From positions 1,184,001-1,248,000 of the forward strand of contig CAVWUU010000004.1 in the NCBI GenBank assembly GCA_963758295.1: a stretch of 64,000 nt of DNA. The letters are read 5' to 3'. Position 1 is the first letter of the stretch. Each line of letters begins with the position of its first letter. The translations under genes were made by a program, and so were the position numbers. Below are positions 18,189 through 28,200 of the stretch, one piece after another. The DNA comes from Candidatus Eremiobacteria bacterium. Its GTDB lineage: Bacteria; Vulcanimicrobiota; Vulcanimicrobiia; Vulcanimicrobiales; Vulcanimicrobiaceae. The notes beneath the pieces were generated by a model. That model saw only the letters and a list, made by a program, of their open reading frames with translations, was not told where the DNA came from and did no database searches.

Positions 18189-20771
18189 CTACTCGTAGCG
18201 CAGGGCGACGGCCGGATCGACTCGAGTCGCGCGCATGGCGGGAACGAGCGCGGCGACGGCGGCACAGGCAAGCAACATCAGCAACACAGCGGCGAACGTA
18301 ACGGGATCGAATGGCGAGGCGCTCGAGAGTTGAGGCGCAATCGCGAGGGCCGCGGCCGAGGCAATTGCAAGTCCGCATGCCAGCCCGATCGCTGTCGTGA
18401 TCAGGGATCGCCGCACAACGTCCGCAAGCAAATCTTTCGCAGCCGCCCCGAGCGCCAGACGAACTCCGAATTCACGCGAACGCTGGGAAACGGCAAACGA
18501 AACGACGCCATAGATGCCGGAGAGCGCGAGGATCAGCGCGATGGCCGCCAGGGTAGAGAGCATCGTGGCCGCGGCGCGCGTCGTGGCGGTTGCGCGAGCA
18601 ATGCGTTCGTCCACCGTCGTGATCTCCGGCGGCTCCGAGGTCGGATTCAAACTTGTAAAAACTCCCTGCATCTCGCGCGCGGCGCCGGCCGGGTCGAGCG
18701 TCGTACGATGGACTACGGCCGAAATGAATGCCGGCGGATTCTGCGCTACCGGCGCGTAGAATTTCGGTTCCATCGGCGCATTGATTCTAAACCGCTCGTT
18801 CGCGACGACGCCTACAATGGTGGCGTCGACCGGTTTTGTCCCGTTCCATCCCGGCAAATGCAGGCGGATGCCGAGTGGATTGGTGCCGTGAAGATACGCG
18901 CGAACGAATGCTTCGTTGACGATCGCCACAGGAGGCGCCGTCGCGCTGTCGTCACCGGTAAAGTCGCGACCTCGCAGCAGCGGAATACCGAGCGTGTGAA
19001 AATAGCCTGGGCTAACGTCGTTTGCTGCGGCTTCGGGCTCGTGCCCGAGGGCGTATTTTCGCCCGGCAATGCCGACGTCGAAATGTAACGAAACGTCGCC
19101 GAGCGGATACGTAACCGCGAGAGCGGCGGAATCGATTCCTGGAAGGGCCCGCAATCGCTCCAGCAAGGTGCGTTGCGCCTGGGCGCGCGATTGCAGCGTC
19201 GGGAAACGCTGCTCCGAAAGCGGATAAAAGCCGCTTTCCGAAATGCCGGCCGGCTGAATGCCGAGCGGCGTGTTCGTGACGTCGATAAAACTTCTAACGA
19301 CGAGCGACGACACGATGACGAGCGCAAGCGCAAGCGCCACCTCGATCACGACAAGCGCCGAGCGAATTCTTCCGCTTGCCGACGCGTCGCCGCCGCGGCC
19401 CGCGGACTTCAACACCAGCTGCAAGTCGCTCTTTGCCAGCATCGCAATCGGCGACATGCCCGCGAGCAGCGTCGTTGCAACGACGACAAGAACCGCATAC
19501 GCGAGCGCCGGTGCATCGATCGTTATGCCGGAACTGCGCGGAAGCGTGGAGAGCACCGGACCGCTCAACCAATGCAGCGCGCCATAAGCCAAGGCTAAAC
19601 CCGCGATGCCGCCGATAATCGCCAGGAGCGCCGTTTCGGTGAGCAGTTGCGACGCCAATCGTCCGCCCGAAGCTCCGAGCGCGCGGCGCAATGCGAATTC
19701 ACGATCGCGAACCGACCACCGCGCCGCGATCATGTTCGCAACATTGGCGCATGCGATGAGCAGAATCCCGATAACCGCAGCGAAGATCGTCCATAACTCC
19801 GGCGCAACAGCGCCGACAATCTGCGTCGCTAACGGTTGGACGCGAACGTCGAAGGCCGCATCGATGCTCGGGTAGGTGCGGCGCAAGTCCGCCGAAATGC
19901 CGCGCAGTTCTTCGGAGGCGGCCGGCACCGAGATGCCCTTTTTGAGCAAGCCGATCGCACCGAGATCGCGTGATCCCCGCTCGCGAGCGGGAACGTTCTC
20001 GGGGAGCGAAATTATATAGTCGTAGGGCTCCAGAAGGCGCCCGTCGGGAAGGAGCAGGTCCGGCGGCATCACGCCCACGATCTGATACGATTTTCCGTCG
20101 AGCACCAGCGACGAGCCGAGTGCATCGGGTGAGCCGCGGTAGTACGTGCGCCACAGACGATCGGAAATCACGACACTATGCACGCCCGGACGGCCGTCGC
20201 TCGCATCGAGATAGCGTCCCATTTCCGGAACGCTGCCCAGAATCGCAAAATATCGAGACGTGACGTCGAGACCTCCGAGATTGTGCGGGACACCCTTTAC
20301 GAGCATCGTCCCGCTATCTTCTGCAATGCCGGCGGTTGCTTCGATCGTATGCGAACGGTCTTGCACGTCATGAACGTCTAGAACCGAAAAGGCCGGCATC
20401 GTGGCGCGCCGCTGATCCATCATTTTTAACGCGATCAAACGGCTCGCATTGGGATAAGGTAACGGCTTAAGCACGATGCCGTTTAGGATACTGAAGGTCG
20501 CGACGTTGGCGCCGATGCCGAGCGCAAACGCCGCAACGACGATTGCCACGAATAGCGGCGCATTTTTCAAACGGCGAACGGCATAGCTAAGGTCGCGGAG
20601 AAAAGTATCGATACGCATGCTCAATCCCGTCTCGATGATGTCGAAAATCGTCGTGATGAACCGGCTGGAATCCAGCTCCAAATCCGAGAGGATCGCGTCG
20701 CCGTAGTCCTTGCGGAAATCCGAGGGATACGCACCCAGCGCAAACGCCGCAATCGCCCGACGGAACGTCAC
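18189..20771 (-). CDS. Duplicated MacB/FtsX-type ABC permease (ADOP-like) with N-terminal prefix domain
   Basis: RDLSYAVRRL, ALGIGAN, LKPLPYP, LLIACANVAN, REFALRRALGA, QRSREFGVRLALGA, RVDPAVALRYE. Confidence 0.92.
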   Translation of the reverse strand: MTFRRAIAAFALGAYPSDFRKDYGDAILSDLELDSSRFITTIFDIIETGLSMRIDTFLRDLSYAVRRLKNAPLFVAIVVAAFALGIGANVATFSILNGIVLKPLPYPNASRLIALKMMDQRRATMPAFSVLDVHDVQDRSHTIEATAGIAEDSGTMLVKGVPHNLGGLDVTSRYFAILGSVPEMGRYLDASDGRPGVHSVVISDRLWRTYYRGSPDALGSSLVLDGKSYQIVGVMPPDLLLPDGRLLEPYDYIISLPENVPARERGSRDLGAIGLLKKGISVPAASEELRGISADLRRTYPSIDAAFDVRVQPLATQIVGAVAPELWTIFAAVIGILLIACANVANMIAARWSVRDREFALRRALGASGGRLASQLLTETALLAIIGGIAGLALAYGALHWLSGPVLSTLPRSSGITIDAPALAYAVLVVVATTLLAGMSPIAMLAKSDLQLVLKSAGRGGDASASGRIRSALVVIEVALALALVIVSSLVVRSFIDVTNTPLGIQPAGISESGFYPLSEQRFPTLQSRAQAQRTLLERLRALPGIDSAALAVTYPLGDVSLHFDVGIAGRKYALGHEPEAAANDVSPGYFHTLGIPLLRGRDFTGDDSATAPPVAIVNEAFVRAYLHGTNPLGIRLHLPGWNGTKPVDATIVGVVANERFRINAPMEPKFYAPVAQNPPAFISAVVHRTTLDPAGAAREMQGVFTSLNPTSEPPEITTVDERIARATATTRAAATMLSTLAAIALILALSGIYGVVSFAVSQRSREFGVRLALGAAAKDLLADVVRRSLITTAIGLACGLAIASAAALAIAPQLSSASPFDPVTFAAVLLMLLACAAVAALVPAMRATRVDPAVALRYE

Positions 20772-21115
20772 GCCCGGGCACCGGCGGGCAGCAATCGGAA
20801 CGAGCGGGCTATGCGAACAAGATCGTCGAGGCGCTGCGCTTCAGCCTGCGCGATGCGGCGGCCGAGGGACGACAAACGATAGGGGCGGCGGCGCGCGTCT
20901 TCATCGGTGGCTTCCAATTCGACGATCCAGCCATCGACGAGCATCTGCCGGATTAGCGGATAAAGCGTTCCGGGGGTAAGCCGTACGCTGCCGTTCGTAA
21001 TCGTTTCAACGGCTTTCGCAATCGCATAGCCGTGGCGCTCTTCTTCAGCCAGGCACAGCAGCACGTAAAACGCGCGGGGATTGAGCGGAAGGACCGCCGA
21101 GAGATCGCCGGACAT
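20768..21115 (-). CDS. PadR-family transcriptional regulator (paralogue 2)
   Basis: FYVLLCLAEEERHGYAI, LTPGTLYP, RRRPYRL; stop overlaps the permease start. Confidence 0.92.
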   Translation of the reverse strand: MSGDLSAVLPLNPRAFYVLLCLAEEERHGYAIAKAVETITNGSVRLTPGTLYPLIRQMLVDGWIVELEATDEDARRRPYRLSSLGRRIAQAEAQRLDDLVRIARSFRLLPAGARA

Positions 21116-21148
21116 AACACCTCACCGGAAACGATGTGTTGCTCTACA

Positions 21149-21175
21149 ATATATCGGTTTCCGATAGAGTGTCAA
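21149..21175 (-). promoter_or_regulatory. sigma70-type promoter (TTGACA-N16-TATATT) overlapped by candidate PadR operator ATATATC-N7-GATAGAG
   Basis: Minus strand reads TTGACActctatcggaaaccgaTATATT; palindrome TATCGG-TTT-CCGATA. Confidence 0.7.
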
Positions 21176-21192
21176 TCCTCAGCCGCGGACCG

Positions 21193-22083
21193 CTATGCCC
21201 CGGGAACGGTGGCAGCTTCGGCGGCACGTCGTTCCGAGAGCGCCGAGCGCAACATCGAAAGGGCCGCATACACGACGACAAGCACGACGAGCCAGCGCAC
21301 GTACTGCAGCGGAAGCGATTTCACGATAAACGCGGCGATGAGCACGCCGGGAATTCCGCCTATTGTCAAACCGAGCGCCGCCCTCAGTGAATACGCATCG
21401 AACTTGATGAAGCGCAGGCCCGCCGCCGGCATCAAAAAGGCGCATGAGCCCATCATGATCGGGAATGCGGCGCGCGGATTCATCCCGAGCAAACTGATCA
21501 TGATCAGGCACGGCGCGTACAAACCGATACCGATGGTCATCAATGCGCCAAGACAAAAATTGATAACGATCGCAAGGGCCAGGGTCGTGCCCGTTAATCC
21601 GAGTGCGGTGCCGCCTGCCGGAATTATCTTCAAGTTGGCCATGATGAAAAGCACAGCTGCGACGGCAAGCGCACTGCCCATACCAATTTGAACGAAACGG
21701 CGCGGCCACCGCGCTACCAAACCCGCGCCAAGCCACGCTCCGACTACCGAAGCAACAATAAGCAAAATCATCGTGACGGGATCGACGCCGATCACGGTCG
21801 TGTAGATGAGGGCCTCCGCGATGGTCGGCAACGTGTGACCGACGTTGAGCGTCCCCGGGATCTTCTCGTCCGGTACCAGTTTGAAAAATTTGAACATCGA
21901 CGTCGTCGGGGCGAACGAGCCGATTCCGAGCGTATCGAGGAAATCGGTTACGAAGCCGATTACGAGTTCCACCGGTGTCGGGAAGCCGCGATCGAAAGCC
22001 TTGCGCTCTTCGCGAAACCACAACACCGCAAAAGTAACGGCGACGAGCGCCAGGGCAACCAGGACGAGGGTGAGGATGCTCAT
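21193..22083 (-). CDS. TauE/SafE (TSUP) family membrane transporter
   Basis: DFLDTLGIGSFAPT, IPGTLNVG, GIGLYAP, AFPIMMGS; about 9 TM segments. Confidence 0.82.
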   Translation of the reverse strand: MSILTLVLVALALVAVTFAVLWFREERKAFDRGFPTPVELVIGFVTDFLDTLGIGSFAPTTSMFKFFKLVPDEKIPGTLNVGHTLPTIAEALIYTTVIGVDPVTMILLIVASVVGAWLGAGLVARWPRRFVQIGMGSALAVAAVLFIMANLKIIPAGGTALGLTGTTLALAIVINFCLGALMTIGIGLYAPCLIMISLLGMNPRAAFPIMMGSCAFLMPAAGLRFIKFDAYSLRAALGLTIGGIPGVLIAAFIVKSLPLQYVRWLVVLVVVYAALSMLRSALSERRAAEAATVPGA

Positions 22084-22159
22084 GGCTCGCCTGGTTCGCG
22101 GTGCGCCTGGACTGCGACCTCTGCCGCAGCACTAGACAAACGCTTCTATGATGAGTAAG

Positions 22160-22182
22160 AATATATTCCATCAGAATATATT
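22160..22182. promoter_or_regulatory. Candidate PadR operator AATATATT-N7-AATATATT
   Basis: aatatattc-catca-gaatatatt, perfect 9-bp inverted repeat directly before the SD of padR3. Confidence 0.75.
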
Positions 22183-22192
22183 GGAGCATCAC

Positions 22193-22513
22193 ATGCCGCT
22201 GACTGCCCCCGCGTTCTACTTGCTGCTTGCGTTGGCCGACGGCGACCGGCACGGCTACGCGATCATCAAGGAGATCGAAGAACTTACCGCGGGCGAAGTG
22301 CAGTTGCTGCCCGGCACGCTTTATCGTCTGATCAAGCAGCTCGTGATGGATCAGTGGATCGCGGAAATCGCCGCCTCGGCGGATGACGATCCGCGCCGCC
22401 GGTACTACCGGCTTACGCGTCAGGGCAGAAAAGCGATCGAAGCCGAAGCCCGGCGTTTGGAAACGATGGTGCAGCTCGCGCGACGCCGCCGGCTCTTGCC
22501 GGCCGGAGCATAA
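22193..22513 (+). CDS. PadR-family transcriptional regulator (paralogue 3)
   Basis: FYLLLALADGDRHGYAIIKEI, PGTLYRL, DPRRRYYRLT; ATG at 22193 after GGAG. Confidence 0.92.
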   Translation: MPLTAPAFYLLLALADGDRHGYAIIKEIEELTAGEVQLLPGTLYRLIKQLVMDQWIAEIAASADDDPRRRYYRLTRQGRKAIEAEARRLETMVQLARRRRLLPAGA

Positions 22514-22516
22514 ACG

Positions 22517-25120
22517 ATGTTTGAGACGCTTTATCGCAGGCTGCTCTGGTTATGTCCGCGTGATTTCACCCAGACGTACGGCGAGCAAATGCAAGGACTA
22601 TTCTGCGAATCGATGGCGGCGCAGAGCGGCGCTCAAGCGTTGACGTTTGCCCTCCGGGCGTATGCCGATCTCATCGCGACGGCGTTTTCAGAGCGATTCA
22701 GCGCAGTCAGGCGCGACGTCGGCTTCGCGTTGCGGCTGGCGCTTCGTTCGCCCGTGCATTCGCTGATCATCGTGGCTACGCTCGGCATTGCGATAGGAGT
22801 GGGAACGGCCGTATTCAGTGCGGTCGACGCAGTTCTTGTTGCGCCGCTGCCATATGCGCGTCCCGATCGCATCGTGGCGATTCGCGAATACTCCCTCAAG
22901 AACCCCAACGCGGCCGGCGGCGAGACTTCCCTTCCAAATAGCGAGGATTGGCGGCATATGTCTCGCTCGTTCGCGGAGCTTGGATCGTTTGCAGCGTTCT
23001 TGACGACGCGAACCGACGTCGCAAATCCTGAAGCACTAGCGGGAGCGATCGTCACGGGCGGCTTCTTCGACACGTTGGGCGTTCACGCGCAAATCGGGCG
23101 CCTGCTGAACGATTCGGACACGAAAGCAAATGCGCCGCGAAATGTCGTGCTCGCCGACGAGTACTGGCGTCGCGCGTATAACGGTTCCCCGGCCATCGCC
23201 GGCAAGACCATCCGGCTCAACGGCGATCCGTATATTATCGTGGGCGTTCTGCCGGCCGGATTCATCATGCCTCGTGCTTCGAGTTTCTACGAATCAAGAT
23301 TCGAGGTGTATCGCGCACGCACGCAAAACGCGACGACCCGGGACGCCAATTACTTAGATACATTCGCGCGGCTAGCGCGGGGAGCGACTATCGCGTCGGC
23401 GCAGAGCGATATGGACCGCATCGATGCGATACTTCGAAATCGCTATCCGGTAAGCAATTCCGGCAAAGCGGCACGCGTGATGGATTTGCGCGCGTTTCTT
23501 TTCGGCGACGCGAGCGCGACGCTCGCGATCGCAAGTGCCGCCGTTGCCGGCATTATCCTCATCGCTTGCCTGAACGTTGGGAACATGCTTCTCGCGCGCA
23601 TGGCCCTTCGCGAACGAGAAGTTGCCGTTCGCATGGCGGTCGGCGCTTCGCGCGGCCGCGTGCTTCGACAACTGCTCTTTGAGACCTCAACCTACGCTCT
23701 GGCGGGAGGCCTCGCCGGTTTTGCGCTCTGTGTGGCGATCGTGCGCAGCATTGCCTCACTCGATCTTCCGATTCCCCGGCTTGAGAGCATCGCCGTGAAC
23801 CCGCTGGTGATCTTAGCGGCGTTCGCCATCGTAGCATTTACGGCAATCGCGACGACGCTTGCGCCGGCGCTTCTACTTTCCGAAAAGCATCTTTCCGATA
23901 CGTTGAAATCCGCCGGTCGCGGGGCCACCGACGCGCGCGGCAAGATCGCCCGCACCGTCGGCGTGGTCGTCGAAATAGGCCTCGCCATTGCGCTGGTTAC
24001 TTCATCGGCGTTACTGGTTCGCAGTTTCGCGGCGCTCACGTCCGTAGACGTCGGCTTCTCCTATGCGGGAGTCGTTGCCAGCAATTCGGTCCGGCTGCCC
24101 GTAAACCGATATAAGACGCTTCAGGGACAAGTAGCCTTTGCATCGCAACTGATGGCGAAGATGAAAGCCATCCCCGGCTTCCAAGATGCCGGACTGATGG
24201 TTTCTACGCCGCTCTCGAACACGAACGATTTTTCGAATTCGTTCACGATTACGAGCCAGCCGCAGCCACCCAACGCGAAACCCGAGGCTGAATACAACGC
24301 CGTTACGCCCAGTGCATTTCGCCTGTTCGCGTTTCACGTCCGAAGCGGCCGCGGCCTATTGGAAAGCGACGGCCCGAATGCGCGAAAGATTGCGGTCGTC
24401 ACCAAGACGTTCGTTACGAAGTTCTTTCACGGAACGAATCCGATCGGCAAAAGCATTGCGACGGGCTTCAATGAAGACAATCCGCGGGAGATCGTCGGCG
24501 TAATCGATGATTTCAAAGCTGAGGCGCTTACCGAGGCGCCGATGGCACAAATTCTCGTCCCGTTCTATCAGGACGTGTATCCGGAGTTCCAGATCGTCGG
24601 CCGCTCAAAGATTCCGCTTCAGGCGCTGTCCATGCAGGTTTCCGCAGCGATTCATTCGCTCGATCCATTAATGCCCGCGCGCAGTTTCGGCAGTTACCAG
24701 CGCTACATCCAAGCGCGCCGCGCGCAGACGCTCATCGCGGCGGAGCTGATGATCGTCATGGCCGGCATTGCGCTCGTCCTTGCCGCCGTCGGCACGTATG
24801 GCGTCGTCGCATACAATGTGGCACAACGGAGGCAAGAGTTCGGCATCCGGCGTTCGCTGGGCGCGCGCAGCGGCTCGATCGTTGCTGCGGTCTTGCGTCA
24901 GACGCTGCTCTTTGCCGCAGCCGGCATCGCGCTCGGGTTTTCGCTCTCCGTGCCGATGGCAAGAGCCGTGCAGTCACTCCTCTACAATGTACCGCCCGTG
25001 GACTTGCTGACCTTCGCCTTAGTAGCATTTGCCTTGCTGCTCGTCGCGATCGCGGCGTCGCTTCAACCGGCGCTCGCTGCAACACGCGTCGATCCCATCG
25101 TCGTCTTGCGCTATGAGTAG
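22517..25120 (+). CDS. Duplicated MacB/FtsX-type ABC permease (ADOP-like) with N-terminal prefix domain
   Basis: LLWLCPRDF..TYGEQM prefix, PLPYARPDR, IACLNVGN, REVAVRMAVGA, RVDPIVVLRYE. Confidence 0.92.
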   Translation: MFETLYRRLLWLCPRDFTQTYGEQMQGLFCESMAAQSGAQALTFALRAYADLIATAFSERFSAVRRDVGFALRLALRSPVHSLIIVATLGIAIGVGTAVFSAVDAVLVAPLPYARPDRIVAIREYSLKNPNAAGGETSLPNSEDWRHMSRSFAELGSFAAFLTTRTDVANPEALAGAIVTGGFFDTLGVHAQIGRLLNDSDTKANAPRNVVLADEYWRRAYNGSPAIAGKTIRLNGDPYIIVGVLPAGFIMPRASSFYESRFEVYRARTQNATTRDANYLDTFARLARGATIASAQSDMDRIDAILRNRYPVSNSGKAARVMDLRAFLFGDASATLAIASAAVAGIILIACLNVGNMLLARMALREREVAVRMAVGASRGRVLRQLLFETSTYALAGGLAGFALCVAIVRSIASLDLPIPRLESIAVNPLVILAAFAIVAFTAIATTLAPALLLSEKHLSDTLKSAGRGATDARGKIARTVGVVVEIGLAIALVTSSALLVRSFAALTSVDVGFSYAGVVASNSVRLPVNRYKTLQGQVAFASQLMAKMKAIPGFQDAGLMVSTPLSNTNDFSNSFTITSQPQPPNAKPEAEYNAVTPSAFRLFAFHVRSGRGLLESDGPNARKIAVVTKTFVTKFFHGTNPIGKSIATGFNEDNPREIVGVIDDFKAEALTEAPMAQILVPFYQDVYPEFQIVGRSKIPLQALSMQVSAAIHSLDPLMPARSFGSYQRYIQARRAQTLIAAELMIVMAGIALVLAAVGTYGVVAYNVAQRRQEFGIRRSLGARSGSIVAAVLRQTLLFAAAGIALGFSLSVPMARAVQSLLYNVPPVDLLTFALVAFALLLVAIAASLQPALAATRVDPIVVLRYE

Positions 25121-25164
25121 GTTTCGGCAATGCGGCGCTCATCGCAGCGTAAGATTTTAGCCGG

Positions 25165-25290
25165 CTAAGCGAGCCTTCGCGCTTCCGCTTGAGCGATGTT
25201 TCGCGCCCAACCCGTCAAGCGGTAATGCTCGCAACGGCCGTCGTCGTTCGATGCGACGGTCTCGGTGGTCCATCCGTCGGCAGCCGGAAG
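25165..25290 (-). pseudogene. Relic of a fourth padR (C-terminal half), in frame behind the metH stop codon
   Basis: Translation LPAADGWTTETVASNDDGRCEHYRLTGWARNIAQAEARRLA* aligns by eye with padR1 ADGWISEVHKVDPEDPRRRYYKLAPWGRRIARAEAERLA. Confidence 0.7.
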
Positions 25291-28200
25291 CTAACGAATT
25301 GCTGCTGCGTTAAAGTAAGCGGCGCGCGGATGGTGCATGACGATCGCCGCGGTCGATTGCTCCGGCACCATCTGGAACGCTTCGGTGAGCGTCACGCCGA
25401 TGCGGTTTGTCGCGTCGAGAAGACGGAACACCGTTTCATGTTGCGAGAGATCGGGACACGCGCCGTAGCCCCACGAGTAGCGCTTGCCGCGTTCTTGATC
25501 GAGACGCAACTCCGTTCGAACACGGCGGTGCGTCCACTCCGCAAGCGCCTCCGCCGACTGCACGGTGAAGCCATGCAGAAAGTATGATTCGCTGTAATCG
25601 CCGCCATGATGCAGCGCTTCGGTGCGCCGGGCGGCGTCGGTCCCAATCGTGACGACCTGCAGCGCGATGGTATCGACGGCGCGGCCGTTCTCCGGCGCAC
25701 GCACGTAATCTGCAAGGGAGAGGTGGTCGCCGCCAACTTGACGTGCAAACGGGAAGCGCGCGATTTCCCGCGTGCGATCTTCCGGATCGTACACAATAAC
25801 GTCGTTGCCTACGCCGGCGGCCGGGAAGTAGCCGTACGCGACGCGCGGACGCAGCAAGCCGTCCGTCATCGCCTCCCGCTGATATGCCTCCAGCCGCGGC
25901 TCGAATTCCTGACGCACCAGGGAGTCGAACGCGTCGCCTTTCGTATTGCTCGCGCCCCACGAAAGCCGGTAGAGACTTTTCAAGTCAAAGCACGGCCACA
26001 GCTCGCGAACGTCGACGCTCGAGAGCGTGCGAGCGCCCCAGAAGGGCGGCTCGGGAATATCAGCGAGTTCCGATTTAACAAAAGAGATGACCGGCTCGGT
26101 CGAAACGTCCGCAGCGGGCACGCGCACCTTGTCGCGGTGTTTCACCGCTTCGTTACGCATGCGCTCGACGAAGGCGTCGCGTTCCTCGGGCTTGGCCGTA
26201 AGACGGTCCATGATTTCGAGGCCTTCGAACGCGTCCTTCGCATAGAACAGTCCCGGCGAAAAAAAGCGTTCGCCTTCGTCGAGCAGCGCGATGCGCCGCC
26301 CGAAATCGCGATTGATCGCCGCGCCGCCCACAATGACGGGAAACTTCAGCCCGCGCGCGTCTTGTTCTTGCACGCAGATCGGCATTTGTTTGCTGGTTGA
26401 AACGAGGAGCGCCGAGAGCCCAATGGCGTCGGCATGTACTTCCACGGCCTTTTGCAAGATGGTGTTCATCGGCACTTGTTTACCGAGATCGTGCACGGTG
26501 TAGCCGTTGTTCGTGAGGATCGTGTTGACGAGATTCTTCCCGATGTCGTGCACGTCGCCGAAGACGGTCGCGAGCACGACGGTACCCTTCGTTGCGCCCT
26601 CTTTCTTTTCGAGGAACTGTTCTAGATGCGCAACGGCCTTCTTCATCACTTCAGCCGACTGAAGAACGAAAGGCAGGATCAACTCGCCCGCGCCGAACTT
26701 ATCGCCCACGTCTTTCATCGCGGGCAGCAGGATCTCGTTTAGCACCGCAACCGCTTCGCGAGTCTCGAGCGCCGTGTCGATCTTGGCCTCGATGCCGTCT
26801 TTGCGGCGGCGGAGAATCGCATTGTGAATCTGCTGCTCGATGGGAAGATCCGCTTCCGCATCAATCGCTTCGTTCGTTGCCTGCTGCGAGGCATCGTGCC
26901 CTTCGAAGCGGTCGATCAGGCGCGCCAGCGCGTCGGGACGGCGATTGAAAACGAGGTCGTCGCAGAGGTCCCGTACTTCCGTGTCGATCTCGGCGTACGG
27001 GGTGATTTCTTTAGCATGAACGAGCGCAGCATCGAGGCCCGCCTGCACGCAGTGATGGAGAAACACCGAGTTCAAAGCCGCGCGCGCTGCCGCTTTTAAT
27101 CCAAACGAGACGTTCGATACGCCGAGCGAGGTAAGCACGCCCGGAAGCTCGCGCTTGATGAGGCGAATGCCTTCGATCGTTTCCACCGCGGAGTTTGCAA
27201 ATTCCGCGTCGCCGGTCGCCAGCGTAAACGTGAGATCGTCGAAGATCAGCGCGCCTGCCGGGATTCCGTACTCGCCCACGACGATGTCGTAAATGCGGCG
27301 CGCTACTTCGACTTTTCGCTGCGCCGTCTTGGCCATGCCGCTCTCATCGATGGTCAGCGCGACCACGGCTGCGCCGTGCAACTTCGCCAACGGCAGAATT
27401 ACGTCGACCTTCGTCCGTCCGGCTTCCAGGTGAACCGAATTCAAGATGGCGCGACCGGGATAGTTTTCCAGCGCCGTTTGCATGACGCGAGGTTCGGTCG
27501 AATCGATCATCAACGGCGCTTCGATAGACTGCGCTAAGCGCCGGACGATCTCGCGCATCTGGACGTCTTCGTCCGTGCGTTCGGTCAGCGCGCAGCAGAT
27601 ATCGAGCACGTGCGCACCGGCTTCGACCTGTTCGCGCGCCACAAGCACGATCTCGTCGTAGTTGTCCTCAAGGAGCAAGCGCTTCATTTTGCGCGACCCC
27701 TGGCTGTTTATGCGTTCGCCTACAAGCAACGGCCGCGGCTCTTGTTCGAGCGACGTTGCCGTCATCGCCGAGGCAGCAAATTGCACGGGCTTGGGCTGCG
27801 GCTGCCGTCCGGGACGTCCGATTTCGTCGACGGCGGCCCGCAGCAAGGCGATATGTTGCGGCGTCGTTCCGCAACAGCCGCCAATGACGTTGACGCCGAA
27901 TTCGCGAACGAACTCCGCCAGTTCGCGCGCCAGTTCTTCCGGCGTTTCGGGATAGATCGTTTCGCCTTTGGGGCCCATCAGCGGCAGGCCGGCATTTGGA
28001 ATTACGCTGATGAAGCACCGTGAGTTGTCGGCGAGGTAGCGAATCGAATCGCGCATTTGCGCAGGGCCCGTCGAGCAATTCAAGCCGATGACGTCGACCG
28101 GGAGCGCATCGAGCGTCGAGCAAATCGAGCGAATGTCGGTGCCAAGCAGCATACGCCCTTCGGTGATCAGGGTCGGTTGCGCTTGGATCGGCACGCGGCG

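Noticed and set aside
25291..25293. Pyrrolysine-type amber recoding at the metH stop
   Set aside because: No pyl genes in the window, other genes end normally at TAG, and the downstream peptide looks decayed
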